From the human T2T-CHM13v2.0 reference genome, Homo sapiens: 64,000 nucleotides of DNA. Below are positions 17,227 through 31,898 of the stretch, piece by piece. Location: NCBI RefSeq assembly GCF_009914755.1, contig NC_060931.1. One strand, 5' to 3'. The position numbers were made by a program, and so were the translations under genes. The stretch's first letter is position 1. Every line of letters starts with the position of its first letter. The notes beneath the pieces are model-generated. The model was not told the DNA's origin and searched no databases. It saw only the letters and a list, made by a program, of their open reading frames with translations.

Positions 17227-17740
17227 CAGTGGTCCCCAATCTCCAAGCCACGTTCCAGCACTTGTTTGTTGCCTGTAAGGAACAGGGCCACATAGCAAGA
17301 GGTGAGCAGCAGGCAAGCAAGCAAAGTTTCAGCTGTACTGACAGCCACTTTTACTGCCTGAGCTCCACCTCCTGTCAGATCACTGGAGGCATTAGTTTCT
17401 TTTAGGAGCATGAATCCTATTGGGAACTGTGCATGCAGGGGATCTAGTTTGCACGCTCCCTATGAGAATCTAATGCCTGATGATCTGACACTGTCTTCCA
17501 TCACCACCGGAAGGGACTATCTAGTTGCAGGAAAACAAGCTCAGGGCTCCCACTGATTCTATGTTGAGTTGTATAATTATTTCATTATATATTACAATGT
17601 AGTAATAATAGAAATGAAGTGTACAATAAATGTAATGTGCTTGAATCATCCCCAAACCATCCGCCAACCCATCCCTGGTCCATGGAAAAATTGTCTTCCA
17701 CAAAACCAGTCCCTGTTGCCAAAAAGGTTGGGGACCACTG
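17227..17740 (+). mobile_element. MER1A hAT-Charlie MITE, full length
   Basis: TIRs CAGTGGTCCCCAA...TTGGGGACCACTG; perfect 8-bp TSD ATATAGAT (17219-17226, 17741-17748). Confidence 0.93.
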
Positions 17741-17962
17741 ATATAGATAGCAAGCCTCTTATTGCAAGTGGAGGTAAAATGGATTATTTAAATATCCAAA
17801 TTATAAACAATGTACAATGTTGTACTCTGTAATGTTGCTGCATTTAACTTGAATTAATATTTTAAAAGTGGACTCAGGGAGGTATTACTAGTGATAACAT
17901 TGTTTCCCTCTTTCTACTTTTAAGTGTTTTTCAAAGGTTCTTTAAGTATATAGATACATTGC

Positions 17963-18260
17963 TTTTTTTTTTTTTTTTTGAGATAGAGTCTCACTCTGTC
18001 ATGCAGGCTGGAGTGCAGTGGTGCAATCTTGGCTCACTGCAAGCTCCGCCTCCTGGGTTCACGTCATTCTCCTGCCTCAGCCTCCTGAGTAGCTGGGACT
18101 ACAGGTGCCCGCCACCACGCCCGGCTAATTTTTTGTATTTTTAGTAGAGATGTGGTTTCACCATGTTAGCCAGGATGGTCTCGATCTCCTGACCTTGTGA
18201 TCTGCCTGCCTCGGCCTCCCAAAGTGCTGGGATTACAGGCGTGAGCCACCGCGCCCAGCC
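17963..18260 (-). mobile_element. Alu (AluY-like)
   Basis: Full antisense dimer with poly(T). Confidence 0.95.
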
Positions 18261-19017
18261 TACAAGCTGCTTTTTATAAAAAAGTATTTTCTCATTATGA
18301 AACACAAAAAGTATCTTAACACATTCAGTGTTTCTTCATTTAAATCATTGTTCATGGCATCTCTTTGCAGTTAGATAAATGAATCACAAATTACACATAT
18401 GTTTATGACTCTCCAAATATATTATTAGATTTTTTCTAAGGACAGTACCAAGTTTCATTTCACTAGCAATTTTTCACTGTTTTTCTGCCAACATTTTCAA
18501 TGCTGGTTATTTTAAGTGTATACATGCTTTGTTTGCATGTGTGTAAAATATTTGCTAATATGGCAGGGATACAATAGTATCTGACCATTTAAAGCTTTTA
18601 AATGATAAATTCAAGGATCCACTTTATTGGGTATACTGAGGAATCTCTACACAAGTGCTTAGTTGCTCTGTATAGAGTTGCTCTATACTGTAGCTGCTCA
18701 GTAATATGTCAAATGAGTGAATGAATACAGTAATGATTCCTGGTTATTGTAAAACATTTAGAATATACAAATTATTTCTTAAAACTAAAATCGCTCATAA
18801 TTTTGTTACCTGTAGTGCCCTTCCAGTTATAGTCCTTACATACTTATAAAATGATTGTTTGTCATTTGTTTTTAAGCCTAGAAATCTGATGTGTATATTT
18901 TACGAGGTCATTAAATGCTATTTCACAACATGACTTTTTATGGCTTAATAAATATTCCAATATAAAAATAATTTAAGAGTATTGATTTTATGATGGTAAA
19001 TGTTATTTACTGATATA

Positions 19018-19170
19018 TTTTTTAGACATGGATTCTCACTATGACACCCAGGCTGGAGTGCAGTGGCACAATCATAGCTGACTACAGCCTCGAATTTCTG
19101 GGCTCAAGCAAGGCTTTCATCTCAACCTCCCCAGGAGCTGGGATTACAGGTATGAGCCACTGTGTCTGGC
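19018..19170 (-). mobile_element. Free Alu monomer (FAM/FRAM-like)
   Basis: Single diverged monomer ending tgagccactgtgtctggc. Confidence 0.8.
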
Positions 19171-20289
19171 TTGATTTTTTATTTAAAAAATTATTTGTTA
19201 ATAGAAATATGTCCTAAGAAGGGTAGATCGTGGCTGTTTATTTTCCAGTGAAGAGCTTCAGTTAAGAACATGCAAATATGTGAGTGTTCATTAATGCTTT
19301 TATTCATTCATACATCTATTTATAAATATTATCTAAATCTGCTATGTGCCAGGCATTATGCTACCTGCCAAGGATTCCACAAGGAATGCTTCAACTGGAA
19401 GGCAGGAGTCAGAGATGACATTGATGTGTTTGGAATGAAGGCTTTTCCTTTTGTTTTGCTCTTTTTTTTCCCAATAGGCACAAATCAGGGCCAAGGCATG
19501 AGGGGCAAATAAAGTTCAAATATTTTCTTTGGAATTTATTATTTGCAAAGGAAACCATTTGTACTCACCGAGGGACTTGATGTGGAATACTTTATTTTTC
19601 ACCTCCTAGTGTGACAGCAAAACTAATAACAGACCCATAAAATACTTCCAAAAGAGAAGTATTTTTGTTCTGGCTTCATGATGGTCTTATTGCCTCCACA
19701 GTATAAAAAGAAAAGTGGGAAACTTTTATAAGATACTCATTAAATTACCTTAGTAACAAAACAGAGTTCTCAAAGTGGACCATCCATAAAATGTTTATTT
19801 AAAAAAAAAAAACAGGGTTGCTTCAGTTAGGATAGAAAAAATATAATTAATCTAGAACACATTGTGTTCTCAATGATTTGGGTAGTTTAAAACTATAATT
19901 TGAAAGGCTGTAAAGGGTAGCTGTACCATTTAGAAGTTAAGAAACAAAATAGAATCAAAACAGAATCAAATTTAACCATTGGACTCTATTTAGAGTCCAA
20001 GATTTCTAATAAACAGTGATTTAATCTGAAAACATATTTTTTTACTCCTTCAGTTAAAACAGAAACTAAAAGTACCACTTTTGCATCTGAAGCCAGCCTT
20101 CATGTATTAGCTTTGTTCTGCTGCATTTCATAGGAGGCCTTGTGAGTTAATAACTATAAAGTTCTTAGAACTTTGTCTTCAGAAATTGCTCTTTGTCTTA
20201 TGAAAAGGTAGATGAGTCTGTAATGCAATGGTAAGTCAGTCACATGCATTACCTAACTTATTCCTCACACATTTCCTATGAAGTATGTG

Positions 20290-20410
20290 CAGGAGGAACA
20301 GTGGAAACAGAGAGGTGACTTACTCAAGGTTACAAGGCTGGTAAGTAGCAGGAGCTGGGATGAGATCCCAGGCTTGTCTGATTTTAAAGCCTGGAATTAT
20401 TCCTCCATCC
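20290..20410. mobile_element. MIR fragment
   Basis: Core-like gaaacagagaggtgacttactcaaggttacaaggctggtaagtagcaggagctggga. Confidence 0.7.
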
Positions 20411-21820
20411 ACAGCAGTTGTCTCTCAGTAAACCACGATTGTCATCCTAAGTAGTAACATTGAAGCTAGACTTTGACTGCTAGGTAATTTTAGCTGTGAA
20501 GAGGGGTCGGCCTTATAGACAGAAATAACACAGTAAAGAGTCACAGAGGTGTGGTGTCCATGATGGCTTGGGAGGTAATTTGTACCTTTTAACAAAGCAG
20601 CTGTCTCAGATTACCAGTAGCCTGAAAATTTCCAAATTCCTCCCAGTTTTACATGGCTAGTGCCTTCTAGTTCTCTCAACTTTTTGACATTTTTGTCTTT
20701 TCCTGATAGAAACTGTAGAGTTATCCTTGATTTGTTCCCCTTACTACCTCTTACCTAGTCAGTTATAAAGCCTTATTTAATAGTATTTCAAAAAATCTTT
20801 CCATTCTCTACACTCTTCATCATTACTGTTGTCACTTAGAGCCTGAACCATCATCAAGTCTCATACTGACTGTATTAAGTCTCCAAACTTCTCTGAACTT
20901 ACCTTGCTGTCCGTTATCTTTCTAAATCACAGCTCTGGTTACACCAGTCACTTTAAAAGCCACTATCTGAAAATAAAGACCAAGTGTAAAGTGGCAGATG
21001 ACACCCTTCGGGTATAGACAATGCATAATTCTTGCTTCTTATGTAGTGACTCATGATAATTCTCACAGCTATTTAATTCATGTTTTTGTTATTCTTTAAT
21101 TTTTCTGGACTCTTTTTTTCTTTGAGTTGATTGAACTTGACTGATGTGTAAATGTTTTCCAGGGGCACAAAACTGGGAGGAGACAAAGTTGGGGAGAGCG
21201 ATGTTTATACATTGCTCAAGTTCAAGCACAAATACCTGTGTATCTTAACCTGGCCCTCTCAGCTGCCAATAGCCAATTAAGATAATAGCTTTCAAATTTG
21301 TTTTTAAATTATTCCTTTATTTTTAAAACTGACATATACAATTGTATGTATTTATCATATGCACCATATATAGCAAGAGGTTTTGAACTACATAGACTTT
21401 GTGGAATGATTACATCTATATAATTTGCGCTAACATATTGTTGAATGGCCATCACTCTTACAGCATCTTCCACAGGTCACATCATTTTGTTCTTACTTGA
21501 CTAAGACTTTCTTATAAGCAGTGACTAAATCTAAATAATTTTATTAGCTTATCATTTCAGTTCATAATATAATGCCTTACACATCATAGACAATAAATAG
21601 TTATTCTTCAAATGAACAACAAGAGGTAAATTATTTTTATTTTCTTTAAGGCAAAACATAAACTTATCCCAGGAAAATTAGCAGTAATTATTCCAATGCT
21701 TGGCCTTTACTGTTATAAAATAAATCAAGCTAGACTTATTTTGTATTACTCTCAGTGTGCTGTATTTTGCTTTTCAAAAATAACTTCCTTTAAAGAAATC
21801 TGAATGAAAGGTTCTAAGTT

Positions 21821-22127
21821 GGCTGGGTGCGGTGGCTCACGCCTGTAATCCCAGCACTTTGGGAGGCCGAGGCAGGCGGATCACGAGGTCAGGAGATTGA
21901 GACCATCCTGGCTAACACGATGAAACCCCGTCTCTACTAAAAATAGAAAAAATTAGCCGGGCGTGGTGGCGGGCGCCTGTAGTCCCAGCTACTCGGGAGG
22001 CTGAATTGGGAGAATGGCGTGAACTGAGGAGGCGGAGGTTGCAGTGAGCCAAGATTGTGCCACTGCACTTCAGCCTGGAAGACAGAGCGAGACTCCCTCT
22101 TAAAAAAAAAAAAAAAAAAAAAAAAAA
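21821..22127 (+). mobile_element. Alu (AluY-like), first of tandem pair
   Basis: Full dimer with 26-nt poly(A). Confidence 0.96.
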
Positions 22128-22128
22128 G

Positions 22129-22460
<332 letters not shown>

Positions 22461-22742
22461 CTATTCTGTAGCACCTCTTTCCTGTCACATCTGTGAGCCC
22501 AGAGTTAGCCTCACATGCTTTGCTTACTGAAGTCTGAATGTGTTTAGAATTTTTTAACATCTGTGAATATAGCATCTCATGCATTCTCATTTTTTCTATA
22601 TTTTCAGCAAAACTAGGGAAATATTATTTAAAGTTAATGTGAGTAAATTCAATGATCTAATGAATGAAACAATAATCCAAGATAGAAAATGTAGTCGTAT
22701 TATACAAACTGTTGTCCTAACAGAATACTACTTTATATATAG

Positions 22743-23264
<522 letters not shown>

Positions 23265-23271
23265 TCACACG

Positions 23272-23595
<324 letters not shown>

Positions 23596-23744
23596 TTTTC
23601 TCACCCTTTTCAACAAATGGTGATAAATCGTTACAATTTATCTTCCTTTAAATCATGGTTACACTTTAGAATTTAATTAATTTCAGAAGAAACAGGAAGA
23701 GTTTTAAATCCTTCTTTTCAGTCAGATCATTAACAAATGAGATA

Positions 23745-23990
23745 CATGTTAAAACCTTATTGAATTGAGCATGTATTACGTTCTAGGCACTGCACGAGGC
23801 ACTAGGCACAAAGTACAGTGGACAGCATAGCTTCTACCCGTTGGGGAGAAATTAAAATAGCCAATCACAGTGTTGCAAAATAAAAGATACAATAGGATAG
23901 ATACAAAACCAGTGAAGTCAGTCTTATCAAATCGTATGACTTCTGAAGGCAACAGAAACCATAAAAGAGTTTTATCCAAAGAGTGATATG
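23745..23990. mobile_element. L2 fragment
   Basis: ttattgaattgagcatgtattacgttctaggcactg resembles the L2 3' end. Confidence 0.5.
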
Positions 23991-25850
23991 ACTATATTGT
24001 TTGAGCATATACTGCTGGTTCATCTTCAGTTTACCTCTTTCATTTAGAACTTAAAACATTTTGAAAGCATTTCTTTCCAAATTCTGGACTTTTCAGATAT
24101 ATATATAAAATCATTTACCTCACAAAATCTTTAAAGTATGGCTGCATCAATGATGTATGTGGAAGACAGGTGTGTTAGAATATTGAACAAAACAATTAAG
24201 TATATTGTAAGCAGCATTAAGATCTCCTCTAGGATATGAATTCCCTTCAGATCCAACTTACGAGACCCAGGAACCTCTCAGCCTCTGGGGTAAGATGAGT
24301 TCAAATGTCACTCTTGTAAAAGCGTTTTGGAGCAGGCTCATACCCGCTTAGAAAAGTTAATTCTTTGCATCATTTTTCGCTACCCCATATTCAATGACGT
24401 AACATTGATAGCTCAGAAATGACCTTACATGGCAGTACTTACGAATCAGCAAATGCTTCAAGTAATGTTTCTTTTTTTTCCCTTACCTCCAGAGATCCAG
24501 TTTCCCCGCCTAGCACTGCTTAGGTGTGATGCCTGTCTAGAAATGTGGTAGTTAGATATCTTAGCCCTCTAAATTTTTCTACTATTCTCTGATTAAACAG
24601 ATCCATGCTCCACTCAATTTCAATGTCTTCTCCCCATTACGATCATGATGCCCAATTCCTTGCACACAAAGATTGATTTCATTAAATTTAGTTTTATCCT
24701 TGAAATATGTACAAGTTTAAATTCATCATCCCTATCCTATTTATCACTATTCTATCTATCCCCACGCCTGAAATGGGACACTATTTGGGTTAATCAGATA
24801 TTGAATACCTTAATAAAATTTCAGCTGTTATATCACAAGGAAAGCTACCAATATAGCTGTTATCATGTTGTTATTTTTACTTTTATTTCCTTTTTAAAAA
24901 ATCAAATTGGATTGTTCTATGAATACTGGGTTAGTTTCAATAATCATTCTCCCAATTAGTATTGAATTACATACAGCTAATGATTGCTAAGCATATCTTA
25001 ATAACTCATGTGAAATATAGAATACCTTGGTTTCTATTGGTGAGTTCAAACATATTAAGCAACTTAACCAAATATAAATGCTGGACAGCTACACTGGACA
25101 CTATTTCACATCCAGTCACCAAATGATGAATGTCAAAGTGTCTATATAATTTCCTCATAGCTTAGAACTCATAAATAACACTGTTCCAGCAAAAAAGTTA
25201 AGCTTGCTATGGACACTTAGAATATTATTGGCAAAGATTTACTAAGAAGATGATTAGAGGCCTTTTGAGAATTGCATGCTGGTCTGCATTTCATTTTTAT
25301 GCAAATTCAAAAACAAAATTATGCAAATATTCTTTTGAGTAACTACTGTGCTGTTGTCTAGGAACCATATTTTTCATTTCTGGTTGGTGAAATGATATCT
25401 TGCCAAAAGCAAAAGTAATTTGTGAAGTAGGATTCTGTTCCATACTCTGTGGACTCCTAAAATGTCAGCTCTGTCATGCTGAGAAAGTTTTAGGTGGTAA
25501 AGTGGCAGCAGCAGGGGTGTGTGCATGGTGGTGGTGGGCAGGTTATATTTGCAACTGCCAACCACCACAGTGACAAATTTCTAAAGTATCTGCCAGGCCC
25601 TGGGAAACCCATTTAAATATTCCTAGGTTGATACTTAAACAATGATATAAATTCTTTGAGGAATTTTCTCTAGCCTACTGAAAGCCTGAGAATAATATAA
25701 CATAAAACTACACCTTACCCTAAGTTTAAGAAGTCTTGTGTTACTTTTAGGCCATATGTTCTAAAGTGAAGAGTAATTACAACAATAGTTCTTCTCATGT
25801 CTGTGACAGAAATAATCACAAGTGCTTGAAATGATTTATTTTTCTGAATC

Positions 25851-26121
<271 letters not shown>

Positions 26122-26709
26122 ATTTTTCTGAATCTTATACTGATTCAAGGTGAAATTTTCAAAGTATATTTTGTTCAGACCATCTCATTTTAAGAAATTT
26201 TCCAACATTATCATTTACCTCCCATACATTCGTTTATAAAGTAAACTGCAACATTATCTAGGGCAATTATTCTCAAACACTTGGAGATTATCAAAAACAT
26301 ATTGGGAACCTTTCAAAAAATTGCAGTCTGCCAAATCTCTCAGCTTTAGAAAAATAGCAGAATACAGTTTCCCACCCCACACCCTTTTTTTTTTTTTTTT
26401 TTTTCTTTCCAGCTGGGATCGCTACTGGCATCCTATAAAATGAGAAAGATCAAAATCTTAAATAATAAAAATAGCATACTTAGCTTTTCTAGTGTGCCTT
26501 TAAGGAAGACACAAAGAGGGAAGAAGGGGGAAGCCTCTGGAACTGTATGTTATATAATATCCAGTGGTTTATTCTTTGCAGAGATTTGTAGTTGAAGAAT
26601 GCTTTTTCTTTACTTTTTTGGGCTATAAAAAAACACACATTTAAGGAAAAGGAGGATATTTGCATAGCTTCAAATTATCTCCCTGCAAATGCACATTTAT
26701 TTATCATCG

Positions 26710-27590
26710 AAGTGGTTTTAACAAATGTCCACAAATTTTTGATACTCCTCCCTCAGGAAGTGGAGCTTAGTTCACCTCCCCCTTAAGTGTGGGCTGGACT
26801 TAGTGTTTCTCTTCTAATAAATAGAAGATGAAAAGAGAAAAATAGTAACCTTACAATGGAAGAACCTGGTATACACTACTTATCCAAGTGGTCAAGGTTA
26901 ATAGCACCAGCAATAGGTCATGTTATCATTGTAACCACTGTTGTGATACAGTGAGAACATTTCACCTCTGTGGTGAAATGTTATGTGTTTTCACCCCCAA
27001 AATACATAAGCCCAGACTAACCATGAGGAAACATCTGAAAAACACAAGTCGAGGAACATTCAACAGAATATTTGACCAGTACTCTTCAAGAAATGCCAAG
27101 GCCATTAAATACAGGAAAACAGACCAGGTGTGGTGGCTCACACCTGTAATCTCAGCACTTTGGGAGACTGAAGTGAGCAGATCACTTGAGCCCAGGAGTT
27201 CAAGACCTGCCTGGGAAACATGCAAAAGCCATCTCTACTAAAAATACAAAAATTAGCTGGGCGTGGCGCACATGCCTGTAGTCCCAGCTACTCAAGAGGT
27301 TGAGGTGGGAGGATCAATTGAGCCTGGGAAGTCCAGGCTGCAGTGAGCTGTGATCGTGCCACAGCACTCCAGCCTGGGTGACAGAGGAAGATCCTGCCTC
27401 AAAAACTAAAAAAATAAAAAATAAAAAGGAAAGAATGATAAACTCTCTCATAGCTTGAAGGAGACTAATGAAATATGACAACTAAATGCATCGTTGGATC
27501 TTAGAAAATAAGACAATACTGGAAAAAATACTTAAATCCAAATAAAACCTGTTGTTCAAATAAATTAACTAAATAAATACTGTACCAACA
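26710..27590 (+). mobile_element. L1MC/MD-type 3'UTR fragment, interrupted by Alu
   Basis: gtgtgggctggacttagtg, ccaagtggtcaaggttaa, atgacaactaaatgca motifs. Confidence 0.65.
27121..27427 (+). mobile_element. Alu (AluJ-like)
   Basis: gagcccaggagttc, aggctgcagtgagctgtgatc. Confidence 0.92.
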
Positions 27591-27890
27591 CCAGTAAAAA
27601 AGGAAGACACATCACTTTGACAATATAGGAAAATATATTAAAAATATATATAAATAGTCCTTAGTATATTCATATATAACTACTTTTAATAGGTATTTTT
27701 TCTCACAGAAATGTATATTTTACATCATTGAGATCATAAAATAATGTAATATTTAATAAATCCTGTTTTGCAATTCATATAAATCATAAATATTTTTTCC
27801 CTTCTCCAAAATTGTCAATAATATAATTTTAACCCCTTATAAAAGTGGTTATTTATACATTAGGATTTTACTGTTATCTTTATGTGTTTA

Positions 27891-28237
27891 TGATATGGTT
27901 TGTCTGTGTCTCCACCCAAATCTCATCTTGAATTCCCACATGTTGTGGAAGGGATCCTGTGGGAGGTAACTGAATCATGGGGGCAGGACTTTCCCATGCT
28001 GTTCTCGTGATAGTAAATTTCATGAGATCTGATGGTTATCATAAGGGAGAGTTTTCCTGCACAAGCTCTTTGCTTGCTGTCATCCATGTAAGATGTGACT
28101 TGCTCCTCCTTGCCTTTCACCAAGATCGTGAGGCTTCCCCAGCCACGTGGAACTGTAAGTCCAACTAAACCTCTTTATTTGTAAATTACCCAATCTTGGG
28201 TATGTCTTTATCAGCACTGTGAAAACGGACTACTATA
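27891..28237 (-). mobile_element. THE1B-like MaLR solo LTR (opposite orientation to those at 12.5-14.2 kb)
   Basis: tgatatggtttg...aaaacggactactata; TSD GT(T/C)TA. Confidence 0.9.
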
Positions 28238-29535
28238 GTCTATGTGTATTTCTATTCCTGATTCATTACAGCCAGCATGTTTTGTATTGTTTTGCTAGAG
28301 GTTTTTACATACCCGATATTAAGAATTATTTAAAAGTTACTTTCTCATATACGTCAAAGATCTCTAATGGAAACCATTGTGATTTTTTATTACTCATCTT
28401 TGAACATAAGTATATATGACAACAGATGAAGTGGGTGAATTACTCTGGGTCTCTGTCTCTGTTCACTTGCATACTATTAAAATTATCTTTTCAGAATATA
28501 CATTAGAAGAGAAATTGATGTAGAGATTAACCAAGGTTCTACCATTTAGTTGGCCTGTACCAAATCAGATATGTTGAACTGCAAAAGCTCTTTTGTTGCC
28601 TTTATTTTTCTGACTAAAGTTAAAATGTACTTTTCTATACTCTGTATCCACCTCTAATTTTGTGTGACACATGCTAAAAAAGCTAAACCAAAATTTGAGT
28701 GAGCTATAAGAGGCACTCGTCTGTAGGGGCAAAGAAAAGTAGATATCTCAAATTCACTGCAGTACTCTCCCTTTTTAGATTTCCTTCAAATACCGTCTTA
28801 AAAAGATTAATTTGTCTCTCAGTCACATACTCCCTCTAATTTTAGTGTATTTAGCTTTTTAAACAATTGTCATGTAACTGGGACATTGCTAGGAGCTATG
28901 GAATCTAGCTAGATGTTTTCTGGATAATCAGGGAAACAATAGCACTGAACATCAAACATACACAAGGACCTTGATCCGTAGGGAATTTTCCTGAGACAAG
29001 GGGCAGGTAGATAACACAAGATGTCAAGAGTCCAGAAGAAAATAGATCATGGATGAGACATCTGGTGATAAACAGCTGTGAGTGGTTGGAGGCAGTAGGT
29101 AGGGAGGGGTTGATGGCACATTTGCGAGTGACCTTGGTCTCTACTGTAATATCTCTGATGTTTCAAGTGAAATGTCAGCATTTTCACACAAGGACAGGTT
29201 TAGCATTGAGGTAATGTAGGGCTGTATATGGTAAAGTGTGATGGTGGATCTAAATGAATTTTTACCCAAGATGGCTACCTAATTGTTCCAATAACAATTG
29301 TTACATAATCATGATTTATCCCACTGATTTGATATATAAAGTTTACCAATTATCTAATTCTAATAGTATTTAGCTCTGTCTCTGGTTGCTGGACTGTCTT
29401 TGCATACTGCAGTAACTACTGTACAATTTTGTGTTTCAAATACCTTTCTTTTTCCAAAAGCTTTATATATGTTTTTGCATTTTAATACTTTTTCTCATGG
29501 AATTTAAAATCAGTTAGCTTAGTTTCTCCCCAGAT

Positions 29536-29586
29536 TAGATAGATAGATTGATAGATAGACAGACAGAGAGAGAGAGAGAGATAGAT
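29536..29586. repeat. (TAGA)n/(GACA)n/(GA)n compound microsatellite
   Basis: Seen directly. Confidence 0.9.
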
Positions 29587-31565
29587 GTGATTATATAAAT
29601 TTGTACAGTAATTCTGAGACAATTTATGTTTTATATCTAGAAACCTGGTTGGTGTTAGGTCTCTTTTATGACATCTCATAGCATTTTAATGTTTTCATTG
29701 TATAGATAGTGTACATTGTTTAGGAAGGTACTTGAGATTATTTGATTCTTTTAGTTGCTACTATAAAATATTTTCTTTAATTTCATCTTCTAAGTAGTTA
29801 CTATGGGTATAGAAATGACAGGTGGACAGATTGGGAAAAAATTTAAAATGTAGCCAAATACTGTCTATAAAATATGTATAGAAACACAAAGTGTTTGAAA
29901 TTAAATATTAATAATTAGAAAATTCTAAAATTATAATATTAAAAATATACTTTAAAAGAAAAACTCATTATTTAACACTGAGGGCTACATTTTATTCGTA
30001 CATGTTCATAGAGCTATAACCTGCCTGTCCAGATTTCACTGACGCATAATTAAAGTCATAATATCTATACTCAGATTTTGAGGCACATACGTGAACTGCT
30101 AAATTTTCGGTAAGTTCAGGTGTATATACTAGGATAATTTTTTCTAAGCATGCTGTTGCATGGTGACTTATGCTGGGACACATTGCAAAGGCCTGGGTAG
30201 ACAGCTCTGGAATCACCTGCATTCCCATCCTCTTGTTGTTCTGCAGTTCTTACGCCAACTCAACACTGCATTCCTTCATTTTCCTGCTACATCCATCCTC
30301 CAAAGCCTTCCACAACCTGCTCTGTGCTCCGAAAACTAGTTTGCTTCCTAAAATTGTTGTCCACCTCTCATTTGTCTCTTTACCACCTTTCCCAGCATAA
30401 GCTAATCAGGCCTGGGGTTAGGTTACCAAAGTGTTAAGGTCCCGTGGTTGTGACAACATTCATGAGTATGGGTTTTGTCATCCTTTACTAGGAGGAGAGC
30501 TCTGGCAGTGAAAGTTCTTGGGGATGCTTTTCAGTCCTCTTCATGTGTTGGCTCTCTGCATGTATCCCTAATTTGTTTGTTATCAGCAGGACTAGCCTTG
30601 GTGCCTTGGTCATGATCATCCAGGGGTACCTCAGAGGTATGCTGCTACAACTACTAATTCATAGGGGTCGGCTACACAGTTCATCTTAATGTAGCCATTT
30701 CCTCAAGCCCAGGATGCCCATCAGGAGGGATTCTGTAATAGGCATAGCTCCACACAAAATTAGACTCTTCTTTGAAGGGCTAGATCCTGGTGCTAAGACT
30801 GAGCTTCCAGCTCAAATGTTCCCTTCATCATTTAAGGGGCTTTTCGTTCCAAGTGTTCTTCACTATAATCTGTTTTTGATTGTAGTCACCTCTGTTCATA
30901 AGAACTGTGTTTATGGCTTTGAAAGTCAAAAGGTCAGTTTCTTAGACTCCCCCAAGCAAATCATTACACCATTATGTGAATTTGAAAGTGCAATTAGATA
31001 CCTCAGTCACCTCAATCCCTCTACAGAATCTTTCACTTGCACCTTGACAGTCTATTTATTTTCTTTTACATTCTACCATAGAAGAGAAGGTGAGTTCCTT
31101 TCTTACACTTGGAAAATTAAAAGGATTCATTCAATTAATTGTACCTAGACAAAGTGCAATCTACCTTACCTTATATTTTTTATCCTAAAAAAGTGCTTAT
31201 AACTTCGAATAATGGCAGTTTTTCTAGCCTCAAAATTTTATCATGTAGATTTTATTAGTGACCTAGTATTACCCATTGATGAAAAATAGCATAAAAATAA
31301 AAGATTTTATATAAATAAAACTAAAAATGATTTGTTTATAACTTGCAGTTTTCTTTAAAAGTTATATGTGCTATAAGAATGGCATTAGAGTATTTAAGGC
31401 TGATTCACTTTTAACATCAAATCTAGATTTCTCAGAAATGGTTTCATGATTTGTCGTGTTTCTTCAATGTGATGGATAAAAGTTATCTGCCCATTTGGAC
31501 TGTACAGAGTTAGGCCTTCCACTTAATTGCATTGTGTCCTTTTATGGCATCACTTTATATATAGT

Positions 31566-31898
31566 TTCCTTCCTCTTTCCTTTTTCCCTCTGTCTCTCTT
31601 CTTCCATTCTTGCCTTCTTTTTCGCTCATCCCACTAACCCTCCTTCGCTCTTCCTGTTTTATCTGATGCTACTCTATTCCTTTTCTATTCTGCCTCTCTC
31701 CCTCCTCCCTATCTGGTTCATTTTTTCTTTTCCTCAGTTGATTTCCTCTTTATTTACATTCTTCCTACTGCCTTTCTTCCTTCCTATTCTCTGTCTCTTC
31801 TTTTTTATTTCTTATTCTTTCCTCTTTATTCGACTCTTCCTCATGTATTCTCCACCTGTCTCTGATAGCTGTCTTCTTCCTTATCTTCCTTTGCTTTC
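31566..31898. repeat. CT-rich low-complexity tract
   Basis: About 330 bp, strongly pyrimidine-biased. Confidence 0.85.

Noticed and set aside
30714-31148. 144-aa plus-strand ORF
   Set aside because: No recognisable domain or gene structure; treated as a chance ORF unless PhyloCSF or BLAST says otherwise
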